64,000 bases of DNA. Source: Syntrophobacterales bacterium. Its GTDB lineage: Bacteria; Desulfobacterota; Syntrophia; Syntrophales; UBA8958. Below the pieces are notes generated by a model that worked only from the letters and a program-made list of their open reading frames with translations, was not told the origin of the DNA and did no database searches. Shown piece after piece: positions 1 through 8,564 of this stretch. The stretch lies in assembly GCA_018056545.1 (NCBI GenBank), contig JAGPFL010000001.1:11574-75573 (forward strand). The letters are read 5' to 3'. Position 1 is the first letter of the stretch. Every line of letters starts with the position of its first letter. Both the position numbers and the translations under genes were made by a program.

Positions 1-1790
1 CGGCGGAGATTCAGGCGGCCGTCGCCGACGATGACCCGGAGCGTCGCCGGCGTGTGCTGCAGAAAGGTGAACCAGCGTCGGGCCAGTCCCTCCATATCGG
101 GATCGATTTCATAGAAGTCGAGGACATCCCCCGGACGGGTCAGGGCCCCCACCGTACCGGCCCCCAGCCCGACGGCGGCGATCCGTCGGGGGTGAGGCAG
201 GGCGGCAAAGACGTCCCCCAGACCTCCCTTGACGTGATAATACATCGTCGGCATCTTTTCCCGGTCCCGGTCCCGGAACTGGAGGCCGTGCATGGTGGAA
301 CCATGGATGAGGACCCGCACCCCCGCCGGCGCGTCCTTGTCGGCGGGAAAATCGTAGATCCGGCTCACACCGTAATAATTGCGGTGGGAGAACAAGCGAT
401 CGCCGTAGAAATTCACCCCGGATAGAAGGATCAAAATCAGATACATCGCCCCGGCCGCCCCGATCCGGCTGCTCGTGACCACCACGGATTTCACGGACCA
501 GGACAGGGAGGCGAACCGTCGGTATTTCCATCCGAAGAGAATCGTCAGGAGCCCCAGCATGAGGGGATATTCGTATATCCCGGAGAAGACGAGGGGAGCT
601 CCCAGGGTGATCGCCGCTCCCCCCAGGAAACCGCCCAGGGCGACGGCCAGGTAAAAGCCGGTGAGGCGGGAGACGGCCGGGCGACGCCGGTACAGATCAC
701 CGTGGACCATGACGCAGAGGGCGAAGAACGCCAGCAGCAGCAGGACGTGAAACAACCAGTGGCTGGCGGGGATGACGTACAGGATGAAGCCGAGGATGAT
801 GACCTCCGGCCAGAGGTACATGACGGCGAGGGAAAACCGGTCGCCGTCCCGGAAGGTGATGATGAAGCTCGCCAGATAGAGAGCCAACGGCAGCACCCAG
901 ACGAGGGGAAAGGAACCGATCTCCATGGCGATGAGATTGGTGACGGTGACCAGCAGGGCGGAAGAGATGAAGCTCAGCAGCAGCCACCAGGGGTATCCCC
1001 TGTCCCGTACGACTTCAGCCTTGGCGGGCGGCGCCCCGACCATGATATCGGTTGAGCCCTTTTCTCGCGGGCCCTCAGGGGACGTTTCCGGATTTACCTT
1101 TGTTTCCGGTCCGGAAGCAGACGGCGGTTTTCCTCCCCCTGTTCCGAAGATCCCGTTCCCGCCCGTTGCTGAGATAACCTCTTTCGGCGAACCGTCCAAG
1201 GAGGTGTCCGGGGCGGTGCCGAGCCGGGGGCGGAGAAAGCGCCAGACGCCGGCCGCGGCCAGCAGGTAAACCACATAGCCGCCGCTCCAGATGAGGCTCT
1301 GGGTGCGGAGACCCAGGAACGGCTCCGCCAGGAGGGGGTAGCCCAGCAGGGCCGCCAGAGAACCGGCGTTGGAGGTGGCGTAGAGGATATAGGGGTTGAA
1401 GACCCGACCGAGAGACGCCCGGGCCACCCAGAGCTGGACGACGACCACCGTGGTGGACAGCACCGCGAAGGGCAGGGCTATGTTCCTGGTCAGCGCTGTC
1501 AGGAGCGCCCATACCTCGCCGGTGGGGGCGATCTCCGCCGCCATCGCCAGGGGGAGATCGGACAGGGGCAGCAGGAGGAGCGCCAGATGCCAGCGTCCCA
1601 GTCGGCGGGCCAGAAGATGGGCGTAAAGATACCCCAGCAGCAGGAGGAACTGGAAGTACATCAGGCAGACCAGCCAGATGTGCACCGCTCCGCCGAAGTA
1701 GGGGATCAGGAGGCGGCCGGTCAGGGGTTCCAGGCTGAACAGCAGAAAAGCGCCCAGAAAGACCATGATGTGGAGGAGCAAAAGGCCCAT
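1..1790 (-). CDS. Fused polytopic membrane / spermidine-synthase-like (SAM-MTase fold) protein, partial (C-terminus beyond left edge)
   Basis: Absent from the ORF track because no stop lies inside the window. Hand translation of the minus strand from ATG 1790 (in-frame TAA 21 nt upstream) stays open to position 1: MGLLLLHIMVFLGAFLLFSLEPLTGRLLIPYFGG..., several TM helices, a Gly/Pro/Ser linker (about 1270-1045), a second TM block, then soluble ...IHGSTMHGLQF...RIAAVGLGAGTVGAL...DFYEIDPDM...VIVGDGR. The last part is the GxGxG/acidic-loop pattern of SpeE-like enzymes. Confidence 0.75.
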   Translation of the reverse strand, partial: MGLLLLHIMVFLGAFLLFSLEPLTGRLLIPYFGGAVHIWLVCLMYFQFLLLLGYLYAHLLARRLGRWHLALLLLPLSDLPLAMAAEIAPTGEVWALLTALTRNIALPFAVLSTTVVVVQLWVARASLGRVFNPYILYATSNAGSLAALLGYPLLAEPFLGLRTQSLIWSGGYVVYLLAAAGVWRFLRPRLGTAPDTSLDGSPKEVISATGGNGIFGTGGGKPPSASGPETKVNPETSPEGPREKGSTDIMVGAPPAKAEVVRDRGYPWWLLLSFISSALLVTVTNLIAMEIGSFPLVWVLPLALYLASFIITFRDGDRFSLAVMYLWPEVIILGFILYVIPASHWLFHVLLLLAFFALCVMVHGDLYRRRPAVSRLTGFYLAVALGGFLGGAAITLGAPLVFSGIYEYPLMLGLLTILFGWKYRRFASLSWSVKSVVVTSSRIGAAGAMYLILILLSGVNFYGDRLFSHRNYYGVSRIYDFPADKDAPAGVRVLIHGSTMHGLQFRDRDREKMPTMYYHVKGGLGDVFAALPHPRRIAAVGLGAGTVGALTRPGDVLDFYEIDPDMEGLARRWFTFLQHTPATLRVIVGDGRLNLR

Positions 1791-1808
1791 GTTTTTCAGG
1801 ATACGCCC

Positions 1809-2846
1809 TTACCCCCCACCCTCACCCAGTTCTGTGCAGACGGCAGCCTCTCTTGACTCTCTTATCTTCCATTGCTTTTCCGCTACCTGCTCTTTAACGA
1901 TCTCGAGGGTTTGATGTATGATCTCCGTCATGTCGCCGTCGATGTCCCCTTTGGCCTCCGCCAGAATGCCGTCGACGACCTTCCCCGCCAGTTCATGGAG
2001 GATATGGTCGTTTTCCGGCAGGTGAATGTCCTTGAAGACCTTGTCCAGGCTGTGAAAGGCGATGTCCGCCGCCATACTTTCCACCCGCCGGGAGATAAGT
2101 CTTCCGGCGCCGGGTATCTTTTCCAGAAGCCGGATGTCTTCGCTGCTGGTCAAGGCCTTGCGGATGCATCCTTCTATATAAACGCGCAGATCCTTTTCAA
2201 AGATCTCGTTCATGTCCCGGGCCACCAGCCGCAGCTTTTCCACGAGGAGTTCCGTGAGGACCTGGCGCCTCGGTCGGATCACCTCCCGGACGACTCTTTT
2301 CAGCAGCGGTGTCCCGGCCTGGAGCTCCCGCTGCATGTCCGTCAGGACATTGATCACGACCCGGTCGGAGATCTCCTCCATAATCACGTCCCGGTATTTG
2401 TGATATTTTCGGAAGAGGTAATGGTCGATGCGCACCAGTTTCTGGAGTCGGGCGAAAAAGGCGATGAGCCGGAGAAGACGCAGCCACCGGAATCCGCCGG
2501 GGAGACTGCCCAGGAAATCGTAGATGTGTATGGCGGGATAGAAAAACCCGCGGTGATACTCCTTCCAGTGGACGGACAATCCCCAACGGAGGAAAAATTC
2601 CAGGAGGAAGATTACGGCGAAGACCAGATCGTAAGACCAGTATTTTACATGGATGGGTTCGTAAAAGCGGTACAGCCGCGTCAGGTTTTCCCGGACGAAT
2701 TCGTGGAAGGGCGGGAAGGAGAAGGTCCAGTCGCAGACCATCCAAGCGAGGTTCACCAGCAGGATGACGATCATGACGCCGTCGATCATGATCATGATCT
2801 TCAGGCGTTTCTGGCCTTCGGTATGGCAGTTGGGCGGTTGGTTCAA
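1809..2846 (-). CDS. Voltage-sensor-domain (S1-S4) protein of the ion-transport family lacking a pore module, with ~215-aa cytosolic helical domain
   Basis: 345-aa ORF with four TM segments, including S2-like YDLVFAVIFLLEFFLRW, S3-like IHIYDFLGSLP and Arg-periodic S4 FRWLRLLRLIAFFARLQKL. No S5-P-S6 follows. The stop lies 18 nt upstream of the SpeE-like gene start on the same strand. Confidence 0.65.
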   Translation of the reverse strand: MNQPPNCHTEGQKRLKIMIMIDGVMIVILLVNLAWMVCDWTFSFPPFHEFVRENLTRLYRFYEPIHVKYWSYDLVFAVIFLLEFFLRWGLSVHWKEYHRGFFYPAIHIYDFLGSLPGGFRWLRLLRLIAFFARLQKLVRIDHYLFRKYHKYRDVIMEEISDRVVINVLTDMQRELQAGTPLLKRVVREVIRPRRQVLTELLVEKLRLVARDMNEIFEKDLRVYIEGCIRKALTSSEDIRLLEKIPGAGRLISRRVESMAADIAFHSLDKVFKDIHLPENDHILHELAGKVVDGILAEAKGDIDGDMTEIIHQTLEIVKEQVAEKQWKIRESREAAVCTELGEGGG

Positions 2847-3049
2847 CGTCGCTCCTCACACGGAGACCTTTGAAAAACGGCTGCGCTGCAGTTCAGAAAT
2901 CTTTTTTTTCTTTGTACGGGTAACGTATAACTCTTATTCATGGCCGATACCATTTTCCCGAGGTTATGTTGAGCTTACACACCTTTCCCCGATTGTTTTC
3001 TCTCGGCCAAATACCAAGCCCAGCGGCATCGTGGCAACATGCAGGGCTT

Positions 3050-3079
3050 TTGTCAATGGCAAATTTCATTGTTGATTAT
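3050..3079 (+). promoter_or_regulatory. Candidate sigma70-type promoter for the atoE leader (TTGTCA-18-GATTAT)
   Basis: Hexamers read directly in the AT-rich intergenic region. The match to consensus is only moderate. Confidence 0.3.
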
Positions 3080-3175
3080 TTGTTTCTTTTCCTGTAGAGT
3101 TCCTCCGGTTTAATAGCGACTTGCTTCTCCGATCATCAACACCTACGGGAGGGGTTATGAGGATGAGGTTCAAGA

Positions 3176-3210
3176 AATCCGCGTCAGTGTTTGACGGCGG
3201 ATTTTTTTAT
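3176..3210 (+). terminator. Intrinsic terminator / attenuator hairpin inside the atoE leader
   Basis: AATCCGCGTCA-gtgtt-TGACGGCGGATT stem-loop (one bulged base) followed by TTTTTTTATTTT. It ends about 37 nt upstream of the atoE ATG. Confidence 0.55.
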
Positions 3211-3246
3211 TTTCATCAATCATTTTTTTAAGGAGGAGGTGTTGTC

Positions 3247-4602
3247 ATGTTAAGAAAACTTGCGTCATTCTTTACCTACGTTATGCGTCATTATCTACCC
3301 GACGCCTACCTGTTTGCCATCCTGCTGACGTTTATCTCGGCGGTCCTGGCCCTGATCTTCACGCCGGCGGACGTCTTGAAAGTGATCACCACCTGGGGTG
3401 ATGGGATCTATGGAATCATCGCCTTTGCCATGCAGATGATCCTCATCCTGGTAACGGGATACGTCCTGGCCCTGACACCGCCCATGAAGAAGGTCCTCGA
3501 TTGGGTGGCGGAAATGGCCGACACCCCCGTCAAGGGGGCGATGATCGTCGCCTTCGTGGGCGGCGTGGGCTCCTGGATCAACTGGGGCTTCGGCCTCATC
3601 TTCGCGGGGCTCCTGGCCCTGGAGGTCGCCCGTCGCACCAAGAAGGCCGATTTTCCCGTCCTCGTCGGTGCCGCCTATAGCGGGTTCATCTGCTGGCACA
3701 TGGGGTTCTCCAGCTCCATCGGGCTCCTGCTGGCCACGCCCAAGGCACCCCAGAACCTCATCGAAAAGATCACGGGCAAGGTTGTACCGGTATCCGATAC
3801 GATCTTTGCGACCTGGAACCTGATTCCCGCCGCGATCATCATCCTCGGTCTCCCGGTGCTCTTCTATCTGATTCATCCCAAGGAGGAAGATACGATCAGC
3901 ATCTCCCCGGAACGTCTCAAGGAGATGGAAGGACAGACCGTCAAGGTTGAACGGCCGGCGAATCCCACCCTGGCGGAGCGGATCGACCACAGCTATGTGG
4001 TCAACATGATCTTCGCCGCTATGGGCGTCTTCTACCTCTTACTCCACTTCTCCAAGAAGGGCCTGGATCTCAATCTGAACATCGTGATCTTTATTTTCTT
4101 CATCGCCGGTGTCATCCTCCATGCCAAACCTATCAATTACGTAAACGCTATGAATATCGCCATCCGGTCCGCCGGCGGCATCGCCCTGCAGTTTCCCCTC
4201 TACGGCGGCATCATGGGGATCCTCATCGGCACCGGCCTGGCCAAGGTCATCGCCGGGTGGTTCGTGGCCATTTCCACGCCGGAAACCTTTTACATGTTCC
4301 AGTTCTGGGGGGCCGGGGTGGTCAATATGTTCGTCCCCTCCGGCGGCGGTCAGTGGGCCGTTCAGGGACCCATCACCATCGAGGCGGCGAAGATGATGAA
4401 CATCGATACCGTCAAATCGGCGATGATGGTGGCCTGGGGGGACCAGTGGACCAATATGATCCAACCCTTCTGGGCCCTGCCGCTGCTGGGACTGGCGGGA
4501 CTCTCGGCCAAGGAAATCATGGGTTACACCACCATGACGCTGCTCTGGGCCGGGCTGGTTTTGAGCGGTTTCGCCCTGCTTATCGGTTTCGGGGTGATGT
4601 GA
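3247..4602 (+). CDS. atoE: Short-chain fatty acid transporter (AtoE family)
   Basis: 451 aa, polytopic, colinear with E. coli AtoE as I recall it (WGDG..., AFxMQMxLIxVTG, VPSGGGxWxxQGP, GDQWTNMIQPFWALP). AGGAGGAGG RBS 7 nt upstream of the ATG. Confidence 0.85.
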   Translation: MLRKLASFFTYVMRHYLPDAYLFAILLTFISAVLALIFTPADVLKVITTWGDGIYGIIAFAMQMILILVTGYVLALTPPMKKVLDWVAEMADTPVKGAMIVAFVGGVGSWINWGFGLIFAGLLALEVARRTKKADFPVLVGAAYSGFICWHMGFSSSIGLLLATPKAPQNLIEKITGKVVPVSDTIFATWNLIPAAIIILGLPVLFYLIHPKEEDTISISPERLKEMEGQTVKVERPANPTLAERIDHSYVVNMIFAAMGVFYLLLHFSKKGLDLNLNIVIFIFFIAGVILHAKPINYVNAMNIAIRSAGGIALQFPLYGGIMGILIGTGLAKVIAGWFVAISTPETFYMFQFWGAGVVNMFVPSGGGQWAVQGPITIEAAKMMNIDTVKSAMMVAWGDQWTNMIQPFWALPLLGLAGLSAKEIMGYTTMTLLWAGLVLSGFALLIGFGVM

Positions 4603-4624
4603 GCAAAAAGAGATAGGATTGAAC

Positions 4625-4663
4625 ACGGACGCCTTTCCCCGGAGAAAGGCGTCCGTTTTTTTT
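4625..4663 (+). terminator. Rho-independent terminator of atoE
   Basis: Perfect 13-bp stem ACGGACGCCTTTC / GAAAGGCGTCCGT with 6-nt loop, followed by a T7 run, 22 nt after the atoE stop. Confidence 0.85.
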
Positions 4664-4837
4664 GACACCCGACGCCTTCAGGGTGCCGTCTGCCGGAAAA
4701 AGGTAATGCCCTCCGGAACTTTCCTGATGACATTGAGGTGGAATACCGAAACTTCGGCAATCCCCTTCTCCTTGCCGATGTTGCTGTCCTTTGACGGACC
4801 GCCTGTTTCCCGGTTTGGAAATAACTGATGAATCTGG

Positions 4838-4866
4838 TTTCCACATTGAACGATGTCTGATACAAT
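4838..4866 (+). promoter_or_regulatory. Candidate promoter for the plus-strand polysaccharide genes (TTTCCA-17-TACAAT with TG extended -10)
   Basis: Read directly: tttcca cattgaacgatgtcTGa TACAAT. It would give a ~285-nt leader before the GT gene at 5153. Confidence 0.3.
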
Positions 4867-5152
4867 GCTGCTCATAGCATCGTTTTGTGCGATCAAAAAT
4901 GAAAACAAGAAACACACAGTATGGGAAAACCCGATTACGGTGCGGGTGTTCTTGCTCGTTGTCACGGCTTACGGCGGTGGGTTGCCGGCCCGGCAGATCA
5001 TCAAGGACCGTCCCTGTGGGGGAAAAGATCCCTTGCCGGTGCAGAAGGTTCCGGCAGTGAAACAGTATGACCGGTTCAAGGAAGCTATCAGCTCCCGGCA
5101 GCCGATGAAAATACATCCATCGCAAAATTATTGACCGCCCTTGGAGGTGCAC

Positions 5153-6292
5153 ATGTCCGACAAGACCGCTTCCTCATCCCCCATCACCCTCCGGTTGGCC
5201 ATTATCGGTGCCCGGGGCGTTCCCGCCAATTACGGGGGGTTCGATACCCTCGTGGAAGAGCTGTCCCTTGGTCTGGTGCGCGATCACGGTCTGGAAGTGA
5301 CCGTTTATTGCCGGAGCGACTACTATGAAAAGCGCCCTCCTTTCGTGGGGGGAGTACGTTGTGTCTATATCCCCTCGACGCGGATCAAAGGTTTCGAGAG
5401 TCTCTTCCATACATTTTGCTGTGCCGTCCATGCCTTTTTCGCGCCCTTCGACATCTACTTCGTCGTCGATCCCGGCAATGCCCCTGTGGTGGTCCTCCTG
5501 AGGCTCGGCGGCAAGAAGACGGCGATCCACACCGATGGTCTGGGATGGAAGCGGACGAAGTGGGGCAGGCTGGCACGGAGGTATTACCGATGGGTGGAAT
5601 GGCTCGCCGCCAAAGGGGTGCGGCAAATCGTGACGGACAACCCGGCCATGCAGGAATACTACCGACGGGAGTACGGAACCGACTCGATATGTATCGCTTA
5701 CGGATCAGAAGACCGATACGGTTTGGATCCCACCGTTTATGGGGAAGTGGGGGTGACTGCAGAACGATATCTGCTGGTCGTGGCACGTCTGGAGCGGGAA
5801 AACAACACCGATATCGTCATTCGGGAATATGTCGCAGCGCGGGTGGAAATGCCGCTGGTCATTGTCGGCGATGCCCCTTATGGGGATGAATACCTGAAGG
5901 AACTCCATAGACTGGCCGACGAGAAGGTCATCTTCGCCGGACGGGTAAACGATCAGGGGAAATTGAACGCCCTTTACAGAGGGGCGTATCTCTACCTCCA
6001 CGGTCACGAAGTGGGCGGGACTAATCCCTCGCTCCTCCGGGCGATGGGGCTGGGAACGGTCCCCCTGGCGGTGGATGTGGATTTCAATCGCCGGGTTGTG
6101 GGTGAGCAGGGGTATTTTTTCCGGAAAGATCCGGGAGATCTGGCGGGAATGCTGTCGCGCCTCGTCGCGACGCCCGGAGAGGTGGCCCGCATCCGGTCCG
6201 GCATTGGGGAATGGACCCGAAGCCGTTATTCCTGGAAGGAGGTGGTGGCCCGCTATGCCGATTACTTCCGAGAACTGGCGGTACTGCGATAG
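5153..6292 (+). CDS. Glycosyltransferase family 4 with DUF1972-type N-terminus
   Basis: ORF 5141..6292, with the start moved to ATG 5153 (GGAGG 5 nt upstream). N-terminus RLAIIGARGVPANYGGFDTLVEEL; C-terminal GT1/GT4 region HGHEVGGTNPSLLRAMG. Confidence 0.8.
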   Translation: MSDKTASSSPITLRLAIIGARGVPANYGGFDTLVEELSLGLVRDHGLEVTVYCRSDYYEKRPPFVGGVRCVYIPSTRIKGFESLFHTFCCAVHAFFAPFDIYFVVDPGNAPVVVLLRLGGKKTAIHTDGLGWKRTKWGRLARRYYRWVEWLAAKGVRQIVTDNPAMQEYYRREYGTDSICIAYGSEDRYGLDPTVYGEVGVTAERYLLVVARLERENNTDIVIREYVAARVEMPLVIVGDAPYGDEYLKELHRLADEKVIFAGRVNDQGKLNALYRGAYLYLHGHEVGGTNPSLLRAMGLGTVPLAVDVDFNRRVVGEQGYFFRKDPGDLAGMLSRLVATPGEVARIRSGIGEWTRSRYSWKEVVARYADYFRELAVLR

Positions 6293-6475
6293 GGAGAGGA
6301 GAGCAGGGGGCGATTTTGACCTCGTGAGAACTTTGCCTGACTGCGAAAAAATGGTTTGCCGGCAGCGAAGCAAAGGTTTTTCTCCCCTTTGTTGTCGAGC
6401 TTAACACCTTGTAATGAATAAAATTATACGCAGACCACATAACCGAATCATGGCGGAGGCATACAGGAGGCGGCC

Positions 6476-7252
6476 TTGAAGGAAAGAGAGCTCTATGCGG
6501 CGCCACGGATGATAACGGATATCCGGGACTGTGCCTTCTACCATTCCATGAACATTCCCGGTTATGGAGAGATAAAAGGGGACTGGGATCTGCGGGGCAT
6601 CGAGCATCGCTATCTCGGCGGGGTGGATTTCCGGGGTAAGCGGGTTCTGGAGATGGGAACGGCGTCGGGATTCTTCTGCTTCTATATGGAGCGCCAGGGG
6701 GCTGAGGTCGTCTCTTTCGATCTTTCGGAGGATTACAACTGGGATGTGGTCCCTTTCGCCGGTTTCGACCACGAGCGGATCCTGGCGGAGCGCCGGGAGG
6801 CGATCAGGAAACTCAACAACGGCTACTGGCTGTGTCATCGCGTCCACGGCTCCCGGGCCCGGGTCGTCTATGGCAACATCTACGAGCTGCCGATGGAAAT
6901 CGGACCGGTGGACATCGCCACCTTCGGATCGATCCTCCCGCACCTGCAGAATCCCTTTCTGGCCCTGCAGAAGGTCCTGTCCCTGACCCGGGAAACGGTG
7001 ATCGTCAGTGAAACCGTCTGGAACCGGTATCTGATCAACCATCTCCTCAGTCACTTCACCCCGCCGCAGGCCACCTTCGTTCCCCGGTTCCGGACGCTGG
7101 AGAACTGGGATACCTGGTGGTACCTGCCGCCGCCGGTGTTGAAAAACTACCTCGGCGTCCTGGGCTTCCGCCGGACCAAGGTGCGCTATTTCTTCAACCA
7201 CTATCGGGGCCGCCGCCGACTGGCCTATGCCCTGGTGGGTAAAAGACAATAA
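6476..7252 (+). CDS. Class I SAM-dependent methyltransferase
   Basis: 258 aa; TTG start preceded by AGGAGG. SAM motif I VLEMGTASGFF and acidic loop VVSFDL. Confidence 0.7.
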   Translation: MKERELYAAPRMITDIRDCAFYHSMNIPGYGEIKGDWDLRGIEHRYLGGVDFRGKRVLEMGTASGFFCFYMERQGAEVVSFDLSEDYNWDVVPFAGFDHERILAERREAIRKLNNGYWLCHRVHGSRARVVYGNIYELPMEIGPVDIATFGSILPHLQNPFLALQKVLSLTRETVIVSETVWNRYLINHLLSHFTPPQATFVPRFRTLENWDTWWYLPPPVLKNYLGVLGFRRTKVRYFFNHYRGRRRLAYALVGKRQ

Positions 7253-7281
7253 TTACGTAAAGATATAGTGCGGAGAGATAT

Positions 7282-8502
7282 GTGATCAGGGATCCCGTAA
7301 AAAAACGGCTCGCCCATTTCGTGGATCGCCTCCTCGGGGGGTGGGTGTGGATCCGCCGGTTTCTGGGGGTGAAATATCCCCGGTGCGACAGCCACGTCGC
7401 GGAGAACATCGAGCGCATCCTCGTCGTCCGCCTCGATCATATCGGCGATGTCATCATGACGACGCCGGTCTTCCGCCTTCTGAAGGAACGCTACCCCGCT
7501 GGGCGGATAACCTGTCTGGTAGGTTCCTGGGGAAAGGCGGTGGTGGAAAACAATCCCCACATCGACGAAATCCTGATCTACGATGCCCCGTGGTGGACGA
7601 AATCCCGTCCGGAAGGGAAAAGGTCGGGCTTTACTGTCCGGGGACGGGAACTTCTCCGCCTCCTTGCCGAGCTGCGACGACGTCGCTTTGATCTTCTCCT
7701 CGACCCCCGGGGCGATTTGCGCCACCTGTTTTTGTTCGGTTATCTGGGGCAGGCCAAGTACATCCTGAGTTATGACCGGACCGGGGGGCGATATCTCTTG
7801 GCGGCGGCCACGGCATTTGTGGAGGCAAGCCATGAAATCGACAAGGCCGTCCGGCTCCTGGGCCATTTGGGGATTGCGGTGACCAAGGTGTCTCCCCGGG
7901 TGGAGATCTATCCTGATACCTTGCAGGAGGCATGGGCGGAATCGTTCCTCCGGGAACGGAAGCTCCAGGGGCGGCCCCTGTTCATCTTCGCCCCCGGCGC
8001 CCGGAAGCACCTGAAGCGATGGCCGGAAAAGAACTTTGCCGCCCTGGCGGACTGGCTGCTGACCTGTCGTCCCCCAGGCGTCGTGGTGTTGGCGGGGGCA
8101 TCCTGGGATCGAGAGGTCGCCGCCCGCATAAGGGAGCAATCCCGCTGCGCGGAAGGAATAATCGACATTACGGGCCGGCCGGATATCCTTTCCCTCTACG
8201 CCCTAATGAAACGCTCCCGGCTCATCGTCGCCAATGACGGTCCCATCGCCCACATGGCCTCGGCCCTGGATATTCCGCTCGTCGTCCTCTTCGGTCCTGT
8301 AGAGATGGAGAGATTCCGGCCCCGTGGGGAGCGGAGCGTCGCGATCCAGCATCCGTTCCCCTGCAGCCCCTGCCTGTTGGAAGACGATCGCTGCTCCGTC
8401 AGGAAGTCCGTCGCCGTTCCTGGAGCCTGCATGGAGGCCATTACCGTGACGGAAGTGCAAAGTCACATTGAGGCGCTTTGGGGATACGAAGAGGGGAAGT
8501 AA
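7282..8502 (+). CDS. Glycosyltransferase family 9 (heptosyltransferase-family)
   Basis: 406 aa. ILVVRLDHIGDVIMTTPVFRLLK and VANDGPIAHMASALDIPLVVLFGP are the two hallmark GT9 segments. Confidence 0.8.
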   Translation: MIRDPVKKRLAHFVDRLLGGWVWIRRFLGVKYPRCDSHVAENIERILVVRLDHIGDVIMTTPVFRLLKERYPAGRITCLVGSWGKAVVENNPHIDEILIYDAPWWTKSRPEGKRSGFTVRGRELLRLLAELRRRRFDLLLDPRGDLRHLFLFGYLGQAKYILSYDRTGGRYLLAAATAFVEASHEIDKAVRLLGHLGIAVTKVSPRVEIYPDTLQEAWAESFLRERKLQGRPLFIFAPGARKHLKRWPEKNFAALADWLLTCRPPGVVVLAGASWDREVAARIREQSRCAEGIIDITGRPDILSLYALMKRSRLIVANDGPIAHMASALDIPLVVLFGPVEMERFRPRGERSVAIQHPFPCSPCLLEDDRCSVRKSVAVPGACMEAITVTEVQSHIEALWGYEEGK

Positions 8503-8564
8503 AGTTGTTGATTTAATGATTTTAAATAGTTGATGAGGTATTTTACAATGAAAGGGAAACGCTG

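Noticed and set aside
1872-2873. 333-aa plus-strand ORF antisense to the voltage-sensor-domain gene
   Set aside because: It is a mirror-frame ORF typical of high-GC DNA. Its translation is low-complexity (D/E/V/P/G/R-rich) with no motif, whereas the opposite strand gives a coherent membrane protein.
4678-4965. 95-aa minus-strand ORF (and a 93-aa plus-strand ORF at 4853..5134) in the lower-GC gap between atoE and the first glycosyltransferase
   Set aside because: There is no RBS, no recognisable motif, and atypical composition. I treat the region as a non-coding leader or relic rather than calling a gene.
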